This document shows, piece after piece, positions 28,585-39,104 of a stretch of DNA of 64,000 nucleotides. This DNA comes from Truepera sp. GTDB taxonomy: Bacteria > Deinococcota > Deinococci > Deinococcales > Trueperaceae. Both the position numbers and the translations under genes were made by a program. Location: NCBI GenBank assembly GCA_965218435.1, contig CBDCKW010000009.1, positions 1,760,001 to 1,824,000 of the forward strand, read 5' to 3'. The stretch's first letter is position 1. Every line of letters begins with the position of its first letter. The notes under the pieces were generated by a model, which was given only the letters and a program-made list of their open reading frames with translations, searched no databases and had not been told where the DNA came from.

Positions 28585-29963
28585 CGCTCGTCGTCTATGG
28601 GTTGCGTTTTAACGTCGGAGGCGTCAGCAGCGAGACCTGGGGCGAAACCCAGTGCCGGATTTTGCCCTTCTCCCCAATAGATCGTCGTATGCGGAAACGG
28701 AATGTCAATCCCTTCGGCGTCGAGCCGGAGTTTAATGCGGCGGCGGAACTCGCGCCCGACGCCCCACTGCTCTTTGGGCAGCGTCTTAAACAACACCCGG
28801 ACGACGATCCCCGACGCGCCGAGCGCCTCGACCCCGGTGACTTCGGGCGGCGCGGTAATCCGCCAACTCCAGCCGAGCGCGTCGGCGAGTTTTCGGGCTT
28901 CGTCGGCGATGACTGAGAGCGCGTGCTCGAGGTCAGCCCGGTACGAAACCTCGAGGTCAACGATACTCCGCGACCACTCTTTCGAGGCGACTGTGACTTT
29001 ATCAATCTGGCCGTTAGGGATGACATGAACCGCGCCGTCAAGCGCCCGAAGCGTCGTTAGGCGGAGGCTCAGACTTTCAACCGCGCCTGAAAGTCCGGCG
29101 ATGGTCACGACGTCGCCGACGCCGAACTGGTCTTCAGCCAGGATAAAAAAGCCGGAGATAAAGTCTTTGACCAAGGACTGTGCGCCAAACGAAATCGCCA
29201 ACCCCAAAATCCCCACCCCGGCGAGCAGCGTCGCCACCGGAAAGCCAACCTGCGCCAGGACAAAAAGAATGAAAAACGTAATCAGCACCAGCTGCGCCGC
29301 CGACTCGACGACGTTACGAATCGTCGCGGCGCGGGCCACCTGACGTTCAAAGCGCTGACCGCTGACCGGCGTCAACGCCCTAGCCGTTTTCCGCACGACC
29401 CGTAAAAGCGTATAGATAATCAACCCGACGACTGCAATAGCGATAATCCGGCCCAGCCCGCCTCCAGCGAGCCACGCCTGCACGGTCAGCGCCACAGATT
29501 GCAACACCGGAACGCGGTAACGAAGTGAAAAAAGTCCGAGCGTCAGGGCAAAACCGAAAAAGACCGCAAACGAGATCAGGTAGCGCCGCAGCAAGGTGGT
29601 ACGCTCGAGTTCCCCCTGTTTCTGCTCATCTTCCCACAGCTCCCGCCTCGTGATAGCGGCCCGCGTATCTTGCGCCCACCGCTCGACTAAAAACCACAAC
29701 ACCCCGAAGAGCAAAAACCCCAGCGACGCGTCGAGAAACAAAGAGCCGAAAAAGTCAAAGGGCGTGTTTTGCACGGCCCGCCCGATTTCGGCAATCCAGC
29801 TCGTATCTTCAAATTCGGCGATCCACTGGCCGTTAAGGAGCGGAATCTCAGTAACGCCTCCGTCCGGCGTACCTGCGCCACCGCTCGCGGTGGCAGCAGG
29901 CGCGTTGGGCGCAGTTTGCGAGGCGTTTTGAACAGGGTTTGACGGGTTAAGCAGCGTCGTCAC
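28581..29963 (-). CDS. Small-conductance mechanosensitive channel (MscS family)
   Basis: GLAISFGAQSLVKDFISGFFIL.EDQFGVGD, IPNG, GIDIPFP. Confidence 0.93.
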   Translation of the reverse strand: MTTLLNPSNPVQNASQTAPNAPAATASGGAGTPDGGVTEIPLLNGQWIAEFEDTSWIAEIGRAVQNTPFDFFGSLFLDASLGFLLFGVLWFLVERWAQDTRAAITRRELWEDEQKQGELERTTLLRRYLISFAVFFGFALTLGLFSLRYRVPVLQSVALTVQAWLAGGGLGRIIAIAVVGLIIYTLLRVVRKTARALTPVSGQRFERQVARAATIRNVVESAAQLVLITFFILFVLAQVGFPVATLLAGVGILGLAISFGAQSLVKDFISGFFILAEDQFGVGDVVTIAGLSGAVESLSLRLTTLRALDGAVHVIPNGQIDKVTVASKEWSRSIVDLEVSYRADLEHALSVIADEARKLADALGWSWRITAPPEVTGVEALGASGIVVRVLFKTLPKEQWGVGREFRRRIKLRLDAEGIDIPFPHTTIYWGEGQNPALGFAPGLAADASDVKTQPIDDER

Positions 29964-29965
29964 CG

Positions 29966-31009
29966 CTACACCTGGGGCGCAGGTGTAGCGGCTTTGGAAG
30001 TTTTTTCAGTTCCGAGTGCCGCCATCCCTGCCAGCAGCTTGGGTACGAGCTGCGCGTCCACCGCCCGCTGCGCGGTGCGGAGCGCGTTCTCGACGGCTTT
30101 CGCGTCCGACGAGCCGTGTCCGATCAACGCGTACCCGTTGACACCCAAAAGCGGCTGCGCCCCGTACTCGCTCGGGTCGAGCCGCGCGGCGATGTTGCGC
30201 AGGGCCGGGCGCACCAAGGCCGCGCCGAGTTTGGTCCCCAGCCCACCACCCGAGAGCGCCTCACGGACCCAGCCGAAGATGACCTTCGCTTCACCTTCGG
30301 CGAGTTTGAGCATCACATTGCCGGTAAAGCCGTCGGCGACGACCACATCGGTTGTTCCCTTTAAGAGGTCGCGCCCTTCGACGTTGCCGAAAAAATTGAC
30401 GCCGGGGGTGCCTTGCAGGAGTTTATACGCTTCACGGGTTAGTTCGTTGCCCTTTTCGGGTTCTTCACCCAAAGAAATCAGGCCGACGCTGGGCTTTTCT
30501 ATGTCGTAAAAAGCTCGAGCGTAGACGCTGCCCATGACTGCAAACTGTTGCAACTGCACCGGGCGACAATCCGCGTTCGCACCGGCGTCAATCAGAGCCG
30601 TAAAGCCCCGGTTGGTCGGGATGTTGGCCAGAATCGCGGGGCGCTCGAGCCCCTTCAGCCGTCCCAGGACAAAGAGCGCCGCCGCCATCGTCGCGCCCGA
30701 ATGCCCAACCGACACACACGCCGACGCTCGAGCGTCTTTAACAAGCCGCATCGCCTGCATGACCGACGAATCTTTACGGCGGCGCACATCGGCGGCGTGG
30801 TCTTCCATCCGGATGACGTCAGCGGCATGGTAAACGGGCAGGTCAGCGTCCTGGCGCTTAAGTTCAGCGCGGAGTACGGTTTCGTCGCCGACTAAGACGA
30901 CGGGAATCCCGGCAGCAGCGGCGGCTTTGGCACCACCCACCGCGGCCTGCGGCATCGCGTCGCCCCCCATCGCGTCAAGGGCGATGGGTTTGAGACCTAA
31001 CGGGTTCAT
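29966..31009 (-). CDS. plsX: Phosphate acyltransferase
   Basis: IALDAMGGD, DAGANAD, GNVEGRD, DGFTGN, HGSS; start at ATG 31009. Confidence 0.96.
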   Translation of the reverse strand: MNPLGLKPIALDAMGGDAMPQAAVGGAKAAAAAGIPVVLVGDETVLRAELKRQDADLPVYHAADVIRMEDHAADVRRRKDSSVMQAMRLVKDARASACVSVGHSGATMAAALFVLGRLKGLERPAILANIPTNRGFTALIDAGANADCRPVQLQQFAVMGSVYARAFYDIEKPSVGLISLGEEPEKGNELTREAYKLLQGTPGVNFFGNVEGRDLLKGTTDVVVADGFTGNVMLKLAEGEAKVIFGWVREALSGGGLGTKLGAALVRPALRNIAARLDPSEYGAQPLLGVNGYALIGHGSSDAKAVENALRTAQRAVDAQLVPKLLAGMAALGTEKTSKAATPAPQV

Positions 31010-31059
31010 CGCCGTGACCACCCGAAAAGCGCCGGTTGCACTACCAGTAAGACAAACAT
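31006..31059 (-). CDS. Putative 17-aa leaderless upstream ORF of plsX
   Basis: TATACT-gagcct-ATG; MFVLLVVQPALFGWSRR*; stop overlaps the plsX ATG. Confidence 0.4.
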   Translation of the reverse strand: MFVLLVVQPALFGWSRR

Positions 31060-31176
31060 AGGCTCAGTATAAATCGCCTAGCTAAGAGAGCCCGCCGTGA
31101 GGCGCACCCGAGTAGACAGACCAGCAGACACTAAACCAGCAGACACCAAACTATAGGTGACACGGTAAAATAACGT

Positions 31177-32121
31177 GTGGACGTAAAAGTTTTTGAGGCA
31201 CCCGCAGGTGAACGCCTCGACGTTGCCGTGTCGGTCGCCGCCGGGTTATCACGCACTTACGCCAAAGCGTTGGTTGTAGGCGGTTACGTGCAACTTGACG
31301 GGCGTCCGGCGGCCAAGGCTTCGCTCAAACTCTCCGGGACCGAGCTCGTCTCGGTGCTGCTCCCGCCGCCCAAACCCATGCGAGTTGAACCTGAAGACTT
31401 AGCGTTAGGCGTCATCTACGAAGACAACGACCTCGCCGCCGTCAACAAACCCCCCGGCATGACGGCCCATCCAACCGCGTCGGTGAGGAGCGGTACGGTC
31501 GTCAACGCGCTCTTGGCCAAGATGCCTTTAGCTAAAGAGAAGTCGTTCGATCCGGAAGCGGGCGACTACCGCCCCGGCATCGTCCACCGCTTAGACAAAG
31601 ACACCTCGGGCGTGATGGTCGTTGCGAAAACCCTGGAAGCGCACCGCGACCTTTCGGCGGCGTTCAAAAAACGCCTGACTGAAAAAGAGTACGTTGCCAT
31701 CGCAGTGGGTAAGCTTGACGACGACCTCTATATGGACGGCCCTATCGGACGGCACCCCCAGCATGGCCGGAAGATGACCGTCGGCGGCGGCAATCCGCGC
31801 AGCGCCTCGACGTATTTCCGGGTGCTGGCGCGTGCGCCGCAAAAAAACGGGATGCAGCACCTGCTCGTCCGGGCGAAGCCGCACACGGGCCGGACACACC
31901 AGATACGGGTTCATTTAGCGCATCTAGGTGCGCCGATTTTGAGCGACAAACTTTATGGGAAGGGCTCGAGCCTCATCTCTCGGCAAGCCCTGCACGCCCT
32001 GCGCCTGACGCTGCCGCACCCCGGCGACCACGAAGCCATCACCTTTACGGCGCAGGTTCCGGCTGATATGGTAGAGGCGTGGCTAGCGCTCGGCGGGACT
32101 TGGCCCGCTGAACTCGACTGA
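31177..32121 (+). CDS. RluA/RluD-family pseudouridine synthase
   Basis: S4 domain, NKPPG, HRLDKDTSG, TGRTHQIRVH. Confidence 0.95.
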   Translation: MDVKVFEAPAGERLDVAVSVAAGLSRTYAKALVVGGYVQLDGRPAAKASLKLSGTELVSVLLPPPKPMRVEPEDLALGVIYEDNDLAAVNKPPGMTAHPTASVRSGTVVNALLAKMPLAKEKSFDPEAGDYRPGIVHRLDKDTSGVMVVAKTLEAHRDLSAAFKKRLTEKEYVAIAVGKLDDDLYMDGPIGRHPQHGRKMTVGGGNPRSASTYFRVLARAPQKNGMQHLLVRAKPHTGRTHQIRVHLAHLGAPILSDKLYGKGSSLISRQALHALRLTLPHPGDHEAITFTAQVPADMVEAWLALGGTWPAELD

Positions 32122-32286
32122 GGTCGCGGATTATTTAGCCTGTCGGTCCTGCGCTGGGGCAACTGCTCAAATGAAACGTGATTTAGCATCCCAAAATCGT
32201 AGCAGCGTAGCTATTTTTGTCACCTAAAGTTCTGTAACCTTAAAATACTGGCGCTCGGTGGGGGCGCACATATAGGGGGGATACAT

Positions 32287-34557
32287 ATGAGCACACGTTA
32301 CCTTGAACATAAGATTGCGGTGCTGGGCAATTTTCCGCCGCGGCGTTGCGGCATCGCCACCTTTACCGCCGACCTCGTTGACGCACTTGCAGCGCAGAGC
32401 ACAGGGTCGGTTTTTGCAGTTGCGATGAACGACACGGCCGAAGGCTACCGTTATCCCGAACGAGTCCGCTTCGAACTAACTCAAGCCGACTACGCCGACT
32501 ACTTGCGCACCGCCGACTTTTTGAACTTGCAAAATGTTGATGTGGTGAGCGTCCAACACGAGTTCGGGATTTTTGGTGGACCCGCCGGTGAACACCTCTT
32601 AGCCCTTTTGCGCGAGCTTAGAGCGCCGGTCGTGACTACCCTTCATACGGTATTGGAGCACCCTAACAAGGACCAACGCAGGGTGATGGACGGCCTGATT
32701 AGGTACTCCGAACGCCTGGTGGTGATGAGCGCCCTCGGCCGGAAGTTTTTAAGGACGGTTTACGGTGTACCGGAGAGTAACATTGACCTGATTCCGCACG
32801 GTATCCCCGATGTACCTTTTACCGACCCCGGTTTTTACAAAGATACGTTTGGCGTCGAGGGTAAAACGGTGCTGCTGACCTTTGGGTTGTTGTCGCCCAA
32901 TAAAGGGCTCGAGCACGCCCTACGCGCCTTACCCGAGATTGTCAGCGCACATCCGGACGTGATCTATATCATCTTAGGGGCGACTCATCCGCACCTGCTG
33001 CGTACCGAAGGCGAGAGCTACCGGTTGTCGCTGCAGCGCCTCGCCCGGTCGCTCGGCGTCGAACAGCACGTGGTGTTTTACGACCAATTCGTCGAACTCA
33101 GCGACCTATTGACCTTTATCAGCGCCGCCGACCTCTACTTAACCCCATACACCAACCGCGAGCAGATCACCTCGGGGACGCTCGCCTACGCGCTCGGCGC
33201 GGGCAAAGCGATCGTGTCAACGCCCTACTGGTACGCCGAAGAACTCTTAGCGGACGGCTGCGGGGTACTGACGCCGTTTGCCGACCCGGACGCGCTGGCG
33301 CAAAACGTGCTCGAGGTTTTAGAGAACGCGCCAGCCCGCGACGCGATGCGTAAACGCGCCTATTTGCGTGGCCGCGAGATGACCTGGAGCGCCGTGGCCG
33401 CACGTTATCAGGACGCGTTTGGGCAAGCGACCCATCCCGGTACGGCGCGCGCCGCGTTACCCGAACCACTCGCCGCCAGACCCACGGAGTTTCCGCCACT
33501 CGACCTGCGGCACCTCAAAACGCTGACCGACGACACCGGTATGTTGCAACACGCGCTTTACAGCGTGCCTAACTATCACGAGGGCTACACCACCGACGAC
33601 AATGCTCGGGCGCTGATTGCGGAGGTGCTGCTCGAGGCTTACGGAGCCGCCGAAGTAGGAGAAGCGAGCAAGTATCTGGCGTTTCTCAACTACGCGTTCG
33701 ATCCCGAAACCCGGTCGTTTCAGAACGTGCTGACCTACGAACGCCGCTGGTTAGACCGTTCTGAAGACGCACACGGTCGCGCACTCTGGGCGCTCGGGAC
33801 AGTGTTAGGGCGCTCGCAAGATGACAATTTGCGGGGGCTCGCGGGGTATCTTTTTGAGCTGGCCTTACCCGAAGCATTGCACTCGAGCAGTCCGAGGGCG
33901 TGGGCGTTTACGCTTTTGGGGCTGCGAGACTATTTGGGGCGTTTTTGCGGCGACCGCGCCGCGCAGCGTTTGCAAAAAACGCTGGCGGACAAACTGGTTG
34001 CGCTTTACCGGACCCACAGTGCTCCCGACTGGCCTTGGTTTGAACCTGTTTTAAGTTACTGCAACGCCAAACTGCCGCACGCGCTGATCGCCACCGGGAC
34101 GAGTTTAGGTCAACCCGACCTGACTGAGCTGGGACTATCAACGCTCGACTGGCTGATCCGTGAACAGACGAACGGCGAACACGTCTCTTTCGTCGGCAAT
34201 AGCGGCTTTTACCCTCAAGGTGGCCCCAGAGCGACCTTCGACCAGCAACCTATCGAGGCCCACGCGCAGGTTTCAGCGTGTTTAGAGGCGTACCGAGCCT
34301 CAGGCAACGCGCGGTATCTAACCGAGGCGAACCGCGCGTTCGAGTGGTTTTTAGGCGAAAACGACCTCGGCTTGCCCCTTTATGACCCGCACACCGGTGG
34401 GTGTTACGACGGCCTCCACCCCGACCGGGTCAACCGCAATCAGGGCGCTGAATCGTCGTTGGCCTTTTTGCTGTCGCTGCTCGAGCTGCGGTTAGAGGCG
34501 CGGCGACCCCTGCCGGAAGTTGAGCTGCAGCTCGAGCCTACAGCCGCAGCCGACTAA
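32287..34557 (+). CDS. GT4 glycosyltransferase fused to a six-hairpin glycosidase-like domain
   Basis: PRRCGIATF, QHEFGIFGG, SGTLAYA; C-terminal GYTTDDNARA, FDQQPIE, NQGAES. Confidence 0.88.
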   Translation: MSTRYLEHKIAVLGNFPPRRCGIATFTADLVDALAAQSTGSVFAVAMNDTAEGYRYPERVRFELTQADYADYLRTADFLNLQNVDVVSVQHEFGIFGGPAGEHLLALLRELRAPVVTTLHTVLEHPNKDQRRVMDGLIRYSERLVVMSALGRKFLRTVYGVPESNIDLIPHGIPDVPFTDPGFYKDTFGVEGKTVLLTFGLLSPNKGLEHALRALPEIVSAHPDVIYIILGATHPHLLRTEGESYRLSLQRLARSLGVEQHVVFYDQFVELSDLLTFISAADLYLTPYTNREQITSGTLAYALGAGKAIVSTPYWYAEELLADGCGVLTPFADPDALAQNVLEVLENAPARDAMRKRAYLRGREMTWSAVAARYQDAFGQATHPGTARAALPEPLAARPTEFPPLDLRHLKTLTDDTGMLQHALYSVPNYHEGYTTDDNARALIAEVLLEAYGAAEVGEASKYLAFLNYAFDPETRSFQNVLTYERRWLDRSEDAHGRALWALGTVLGRSQDDNLRGLAGYLFELALPEALHSSSPRAWAFTLLGLRDYLGRFCGDRAAQRLQKTLADKLVALYRTHSAPDWPWFEPVLSYCNAKLPHALIATGTSLGQPDLTELGLSTLDWLIREQTNGEHVSFVGNSGFYPQGGPRATFDQQPIEAHAQVSACLEAYRASGNARYLTEANRAFEWFLGENDLGLPLYDPHTGGCYDGLHPDRVNRNQGAESSLAFLLSLLELRLEARRPLPEVELQLEPTAAAD

Positions 34558-34943
34558 TGGGAGCTGGGCAAGGCGCTACGTCTCCGCCAGAGCTCGCCCT
34601 CGAGTACGAACGGCGCTTAAACCTGCACAGCCCTGACGAAGTAGCCGAGTTAATTACAGATGACGCCGTATTTTGGTTTAACGACGGCTCTTATGAAGGA
34701 GTAGCAGCCATCAAAGAGGCGTTTGCAGAGGTGTGGCGCACCATCCACAACGAGCATTACGAACTAAACGACGTCCGCTGGCTCTGCTAAGCTGACACTT
34801 ACGCCGTTTGCATTTACACGTTCTCCTGGTCGGGCTTTATTGAAGGAAAACCTGCTTATGGGCAAGGGCGGGGTACGAGTGTATTTCGTCAAGAAAATGG
34901 CGCGTGGCGCATCGTTCACGAACATTTGAGCACGCCGACCTAG
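34557..34943 (+). pseudogene. NTF2/SnoaL-like (YybH/DUF4440) gene with in-frame TAA
   Basis: After TAA at 34788-34790 the frame continues ADTYAVCIYTFSWSG...GRGTSVF...WRIVHEHLS to TAG 34943. Confidence 0.85.
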
Positions 34944-34958
34944 CATGACCCACCTACT

Positions 34959-35474
34959 ATGACTCATTCGGACCAGCCTTTTATCCTCACGCTGACTTTA
35001 GACGACGCTTTAGCCTACACACTTAACCAGCTGAGAAAAGCGCACTTTCCCAAAGAACGCAACTTTTTAGCCGCACACGTGACGCTTTTTCACGCTTTAC
35101 CGAGTGAGCGAGAGGCGGATTTGCGCCGTGACCTTGGCGAAATCTGTACGGAAACGCCGACGTTCGAGGTTCGTTTGCCTAAACTCGAGCATTGGGGTAA
35201 AGGGGTGTTTGCGATGCTCGAGGCTCCTCCTCTGCCAACTCTCAGAGCAGCATTAGCTGGGCGGTGGCACAGTTATCTGACGCCGCAAGATCGGCAGGGT
35301 TATAGGCCGCACGTGACGATTCAAAATAAAGTCTCAAAGGCTGAGGCGCTGGGACTTTATAACACACTCTCCCCTACCTGGCACCCGCTCACCGGTACCG
35401 CACTCGGTCTCACGCTCTGGCGCTACGCAGGCGGTCCCTGGACATTTGCCGATTCTTTTGGGTTCGCAGCGTAA
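34959..35474 (+). CDS. 2H phosphoesterase (2'-5' RNA ligase family)
   Basis: Two HxT motifs (AHVTL, PHVTI). Confidence 0.88.
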   Translation: MTHSDQPFILTLTLDDALAYTLNQLRKAHFPKERNFLAAHVTLFHALPSEREADLRRDLGEICTETPTFEVRLPKLEHWGKGVFAMLEAPPLPTLRAALAGRWHSYLTPQDRQGYRPHVTIQNKVSKAEALGLYNTLSPTWHPLTGTALGLTLWRYAGGPWTFADSFGFAA

Positions 35475-35627
35475 CTGAACGTTTGGCTAGCTTCCCAGCT
35501 AAGTAAACCCACAGCTAAGTAAACCCACAACGTTAAGACCGTTATGCCTGTATTCAGCCTCGCAGACGCCGGAATGCCGTTATACTTGTGCAGATTATCT
35601 TTACATTTGACGGTGGTGGAGGCGGAT

Positions 35628-36218
35628 GTGAAAGCTTGGCTCGGTGTTTCAAAAGGAATTGACACGGTGACAACGGCGGTCGGCCGTGTGATGTTTTGGT
35701 TGACGCTGGTGATGATCCTGATCGGCGCGTTTAACGTTGTCACGCGTTACGTGGGCCGGTCACTCGGGATGTCGCTCGGCGGCACGCTTTATATTGCGCT
35801 GCAAACCCAACTTTTTGACCTTGTCTTTTTGCTCGGCGCAGCTTACGTCTTAAATAAAGACGGTCACGTTCGGGTTGACATCATCTACGCGAGTACGAGC
35901 GAAAAGGTCAGAGCGTGGATTGATATTTTTGGGACGCTGTTTTTTTTGTTTCCTTTTTGTGCGCTCGGGCTTTATCTGAGCTGGGGGTACGTCGGGCGGT
36001 CGTGGCGGCAGGGGGAGGTTAATACCAACGCGGGCGGCTTTCCGGTCTATCCGATTAAAACCGTGATCTTAATCGCGTTTGGACTCCTTATCTTGCAGGG
36101 TGTGAGCGAACTCATCAAACGGATCGCGTTTTTGCGCGGGGTTCCCGTGACCATCGGCAACGAGACACCGCAGGCGGCAGCTGGGAAAACACAAACACCG
36201 ACCGAGGCGGGCCGCTAG
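35628..36218 (+). CDS. TRAP transporter small permease (DctQ)
   Basis: NVVTRY, GAAY, HVRVDI; GTG behind GGAGG. Confidence 0.92.
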   Translation: MKAWLGVSKGIDTVTTAVGRVMFWLTLVMILIGAFNVVTRYVGRSLGMSLGGTLYIALQTQLFDLVFLLGAAYVLNKDGHVRVDIIYASTSEKVRAWIDIFGTLFFLFPFCALGLYLSWGYVGRSWRQGEVNTNAGGFPVYPIKTVILIAFGLLILQGVSELIKRIAFLRGVPVTIGNETPQAAAGKTQTPTEAGR

Positions 36219-37594
36219 TGGAATACCTGAGCTTGTGGATGTTCGGCGTGGCGATTTTGCTCCTCTTAATCGGTTACCCGGTGGCGTTTAGTCTGGGCGG
36301 CACAGCGGTGCTCTTTACGCTCATCGGCAGCGACCTGCTACCTTCGTGGGGGTTGACGCTGCCGTGGGACGCGGTGTTTCCGCTGGCGCGGCTCAACATC
36401 TTACCGAACCGGATTTACGGCAATATCATGGACAACTACACGCTCGTGGCGGTGCCCTTTTTTGTCTTTATGGGCGTGATGTTAGAAAAGTCTGGGTTAG
36501 CTGAAGAGTTGCTCGAGACGATGGGTGCCCTGTTCGGCTCACTGCGCGGCGGGCTGGCGATTTCCGTCGTCGCCGTCGGCGCGCTGCTCGCGGCTTCGAC
36601 CGGCGTGGTCGGCGCGTCGGTCGTGACTATCGGCGTGTTGGCGCTGCCGGTCATGCTCAAATACAACTACAGCAAACCGCTCGCTACGGGCGTCGTCGCC
36701 TCATCGGGGACGCTCGGACAGATTATTCCGCCCTCTATCGTGCTGGTAATTCTGGGCGACCAAATCGGTGTGCCGGTCGGCAACCTCTTTTTAGGAGCGC
36801 TGATTCCGGGGCTGCTGCTCTCGGGACTCTTTATCTTATGGGTTATCTTCGTCGCCGCGACGCGCCCGCAAGACGCGCCTGCACTCCCGCCCGAAGCGCG
36901 TACGCTGCACGGCGGGGCGCTCGCCCTTAAAGTTCTTAAGAGCCTCGTCCCGCCGCTGTTTCTGATTCTCATCGTGCTCGGGACCATCTTTTTTGGCTTC
37001 GCCACCCCGACCGAGGCCGGGGCGATGGGCGCACTCGGGGCCATGCTGCTGGCGGCCATTAACCGCCGCCTCACCTTTCGTAACCTCACCGAAGCGATGC
37101 GGCAGACCGTCATTTTGACCAGTATGGTCTTTATTATTTTGGTCGGCGCGACCGCCTTTAGCATGGTCTTTACCGCGCTCAGGGGTGACCAAGTGGTAGA
37201 TAACTTTTTGCTTAACCTCCCCGGCGGGCAGTGGGGCTTTTTATTTTTTACGATGCTGGTTATCTTCTTACTCGGCTTCTTCATTGACTTTATCGAGATT
37301 TCGTTTATCGTCGTGCCGTTTGTCGTTCCGATTGCGGTGCGTTACTTCGGCCAAGACATGATGACCTGGTTTGGCATCTTGGTCGCCATGAACCTGCAAT
37401 CATCGTTTCTCACGCCGCCGTTTGGCTTCGCGCTCTTTTACCTTAAAGGGGTTGCGCCGCCGAGTATCAAGTCGCACCACATCTACCGGGGCATCATCCC
37501 GTTTATCTTGCTGCAGCTCTTGGCGCTTCTCTTGCTCGTCTTGTTTCCAGGGATCGTCAACTGGTTGCCGGGGCTGGCGAATCCGCAGGGGTGA
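36218..37594 (+). CDS. TRAP transporter large permease (DctM)
   Basis: GTLGQIIPPS, ATPTEA, SFLTPPFG. Confidence 0.95.
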   Translation: MEYLSLWMFGVAILLLLIGYPVAFSLGGTAVLFTLIGSDLLPSWGLTLPWDAVFPLARLNILPNRIYGNIMDNYTLVAVPFFVFMGVMLEKSGLAEELLETMGALFGSLRGGLAISVVAVGALLAASTGVVGASVVTIGVLALPVMLKYNYSKPLATGVVASSGTLGQIIPPSIVLVILGDQIGVPVGNLFLGALIPGLLLSGLFILWVIFVAATRPQDAPALPPEARTLHGGALALKVLKSLVPPLFLILIVLGTIFFGFATPTEAGAMGALGAMLLAAINRRLTFRNLTEAMRQTVILTSMVFIILVGATAFSMVFTALRGDQVVDNFLLNLPGGQWGFLFFTMLVIFLLGFFIDFIEISFIVVPFVVPIAVRYFGQDMMTWFGILVAMNLQSSFLTPPFGFALFYLKGVAPPSIKSHHIYRGIIPFILLQLLALLLLVLFPGIVNWLPGLANPQG

Positions 37595-37667
37595 ATAAGG
37601 AGTTAGAAGTCAGTTATCCGGTCGTCAGCAGTTGAAGCACAAGCTCGTCAAATAGCTGCATTCCAGT

Positions 37668-37694
37668 AAAAAGAAGCCCCCGATTCAGGGGGCT
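37668..37694 (-). terminator. Intrinsic terminator
   Basis: agccccc-gattca-gggggct with an A-tract on the left (U-tract on the minus strand). Confidence 0.7.
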
Positions 37695-37719
37695 CTGCAC
37701 TAGCACAGCTGAAGCGGGC

Positions 37720-38805
37720 TCAGCTTTCTTCTTGAGAATAAACGAAGTTTTGAAACGCGTACTCCGCTTGTTTGTGCCACGCCCTCACGCTATCGCGAAA
37801 GGTGGAAAAACTCTCCAAGGTCCGGCCGTAAAACTCATTGCCCTCTTTGTTCGCGTCGTGAATCTCGGTGATGTAGCCCTCTAAGGCAGCCAAAATCTCC
37901 GGTGAAAAGGTGCGTACCTGCGTACCCGAATCCATCAGGCGCTGCAAGGCCGGACCGTTCGCCGCTTCGTAACGGGAGAGCATCGTCTCATTGGCTGAAC
38001 TTGCCGCGAGCCGCACCGCTTCTTGAACTTCGGGCGGAAATCCGTTAAAGGTGTCTAGGTTGACGTACACGCAGAGCGTCGCGCCCGGCTCTTGCCAGCC
38101 TGGACCGTAGTAGTACTGCGCCGCCTTGTTAAGTCCTAAAATCTCGTCGTCGTACGGGCCGACCCACTCGGTTGCGTCAATTACGCCGGTATCTAACGCC
38201 AAGAAGATTTCACCACCCGGCAAGTTCTGCACGTTGACCCCGGCACGGGACATCACCTCGCCGCCGAACCCTGGAATACGCATCGTCAGACCCTTGAGGT
38301 CGGCGGGCGCGTTGATTTCACGGCGGAACCAGCCACCCATCTGGGTACCGGTATTGCCCGCAGCAAAGGCGATGAGGTTGTCCCGGGCGTTGATCTCGTC
38401 CCACAGTTCTTGCCCACCCCCCGCAATCAGCCACGCGTTATGCTGCTGCGCGGTCAAACCAAAGGGTACGGCCGTAAAAAACGCGTGCGCGAGGTCGCGG
38501 CCCGTGTAGTAGTACGAAGCGCTGTGCCCCATCGCAAACGCACCTGAAGACACCGCGTCGTACACCTCGAGCCCCCCGACCTGCGCCCCGGCCGGATAGA
38601 CGGTGACTTCAACTTCACCGTTGGTCAAATCTTTTAAGTTTTGCGCGACCGTCTCCCCGCCGCCGTAGATAATATCTAGCGATGAAGGAAAAGAACTGAC
38701 CATCTCGAGGCGCATACTCCCCTGGGCGCTTGCAAACATCAGCGGTGAAAAGGCGCTACTCGCCGCTATGACCCCGGACTTTTTTAGAAAATCCCGACGT
38801 TTCAT
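37720..38805 (-). CDS. TRAP substrate-binding protein (DctP/TakP-like), Tat signal
   Basis: MKRRDFLK; GNTGTQMGGWF, MRIPG, EWVGPYDD. Confidence 0.93.
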   Translation of the reverse strand: MKRRDFLKKSGVIAASSAFSPLMFASAQGSMRLEMVSSFPSSLDIIYGGGETVAQNLKDLTNGEVEVTVYPAGAQVGGLEVYDAVSSGAFAMGHSASYYYTGRDLAHAFFTAVPFGLTAQQHNAWLIAGGGQELWDEINARDNLIAFAAGNTGTQMGGWFRREINAPADLKGLTMRIPGFGGEVMSRAGVNVQNLPGGEIFLALDTGVIDATEWVGPYDDEILGLNKAAQYYYGPGWQEPGATLCVYVNLDTFNGFPPEVQEAVRLAASSANETMLSRYEAANGPALQRLMDSGTQVRTFSPEILAALEGYITEIHDANKEGNEFYGRTLESFSTFRDSVRAWHKQAEYAFQNFVYSQEES

Positions 38806-39104
38806 CCGTCAACCTCCTTTAATTTTGTCTTGCTAGAGCAGTATACTTAGCCGCGCCGCCGTTTGGCAAACCTCGAGGTTCTCGTAAGCAGATTGCCAGA
38901 AACCCACACAAAGCGATGACTAAAGAGGCGCAGGCGTGAGAAACTACACTCATCGTCCCACTTCGCACGGATTATCTCATCCAAACTTGACTGTAAGGTG
39001 TATAAGTAACAGGAAGCCCACATTATCCCACGAGTCCTCGGCGTGGGTCGCACTTGAGAGCTTCCTAACGCTTTAGGTGTGAACCGAGGTTTGAAAGGAT
39101 AGTC

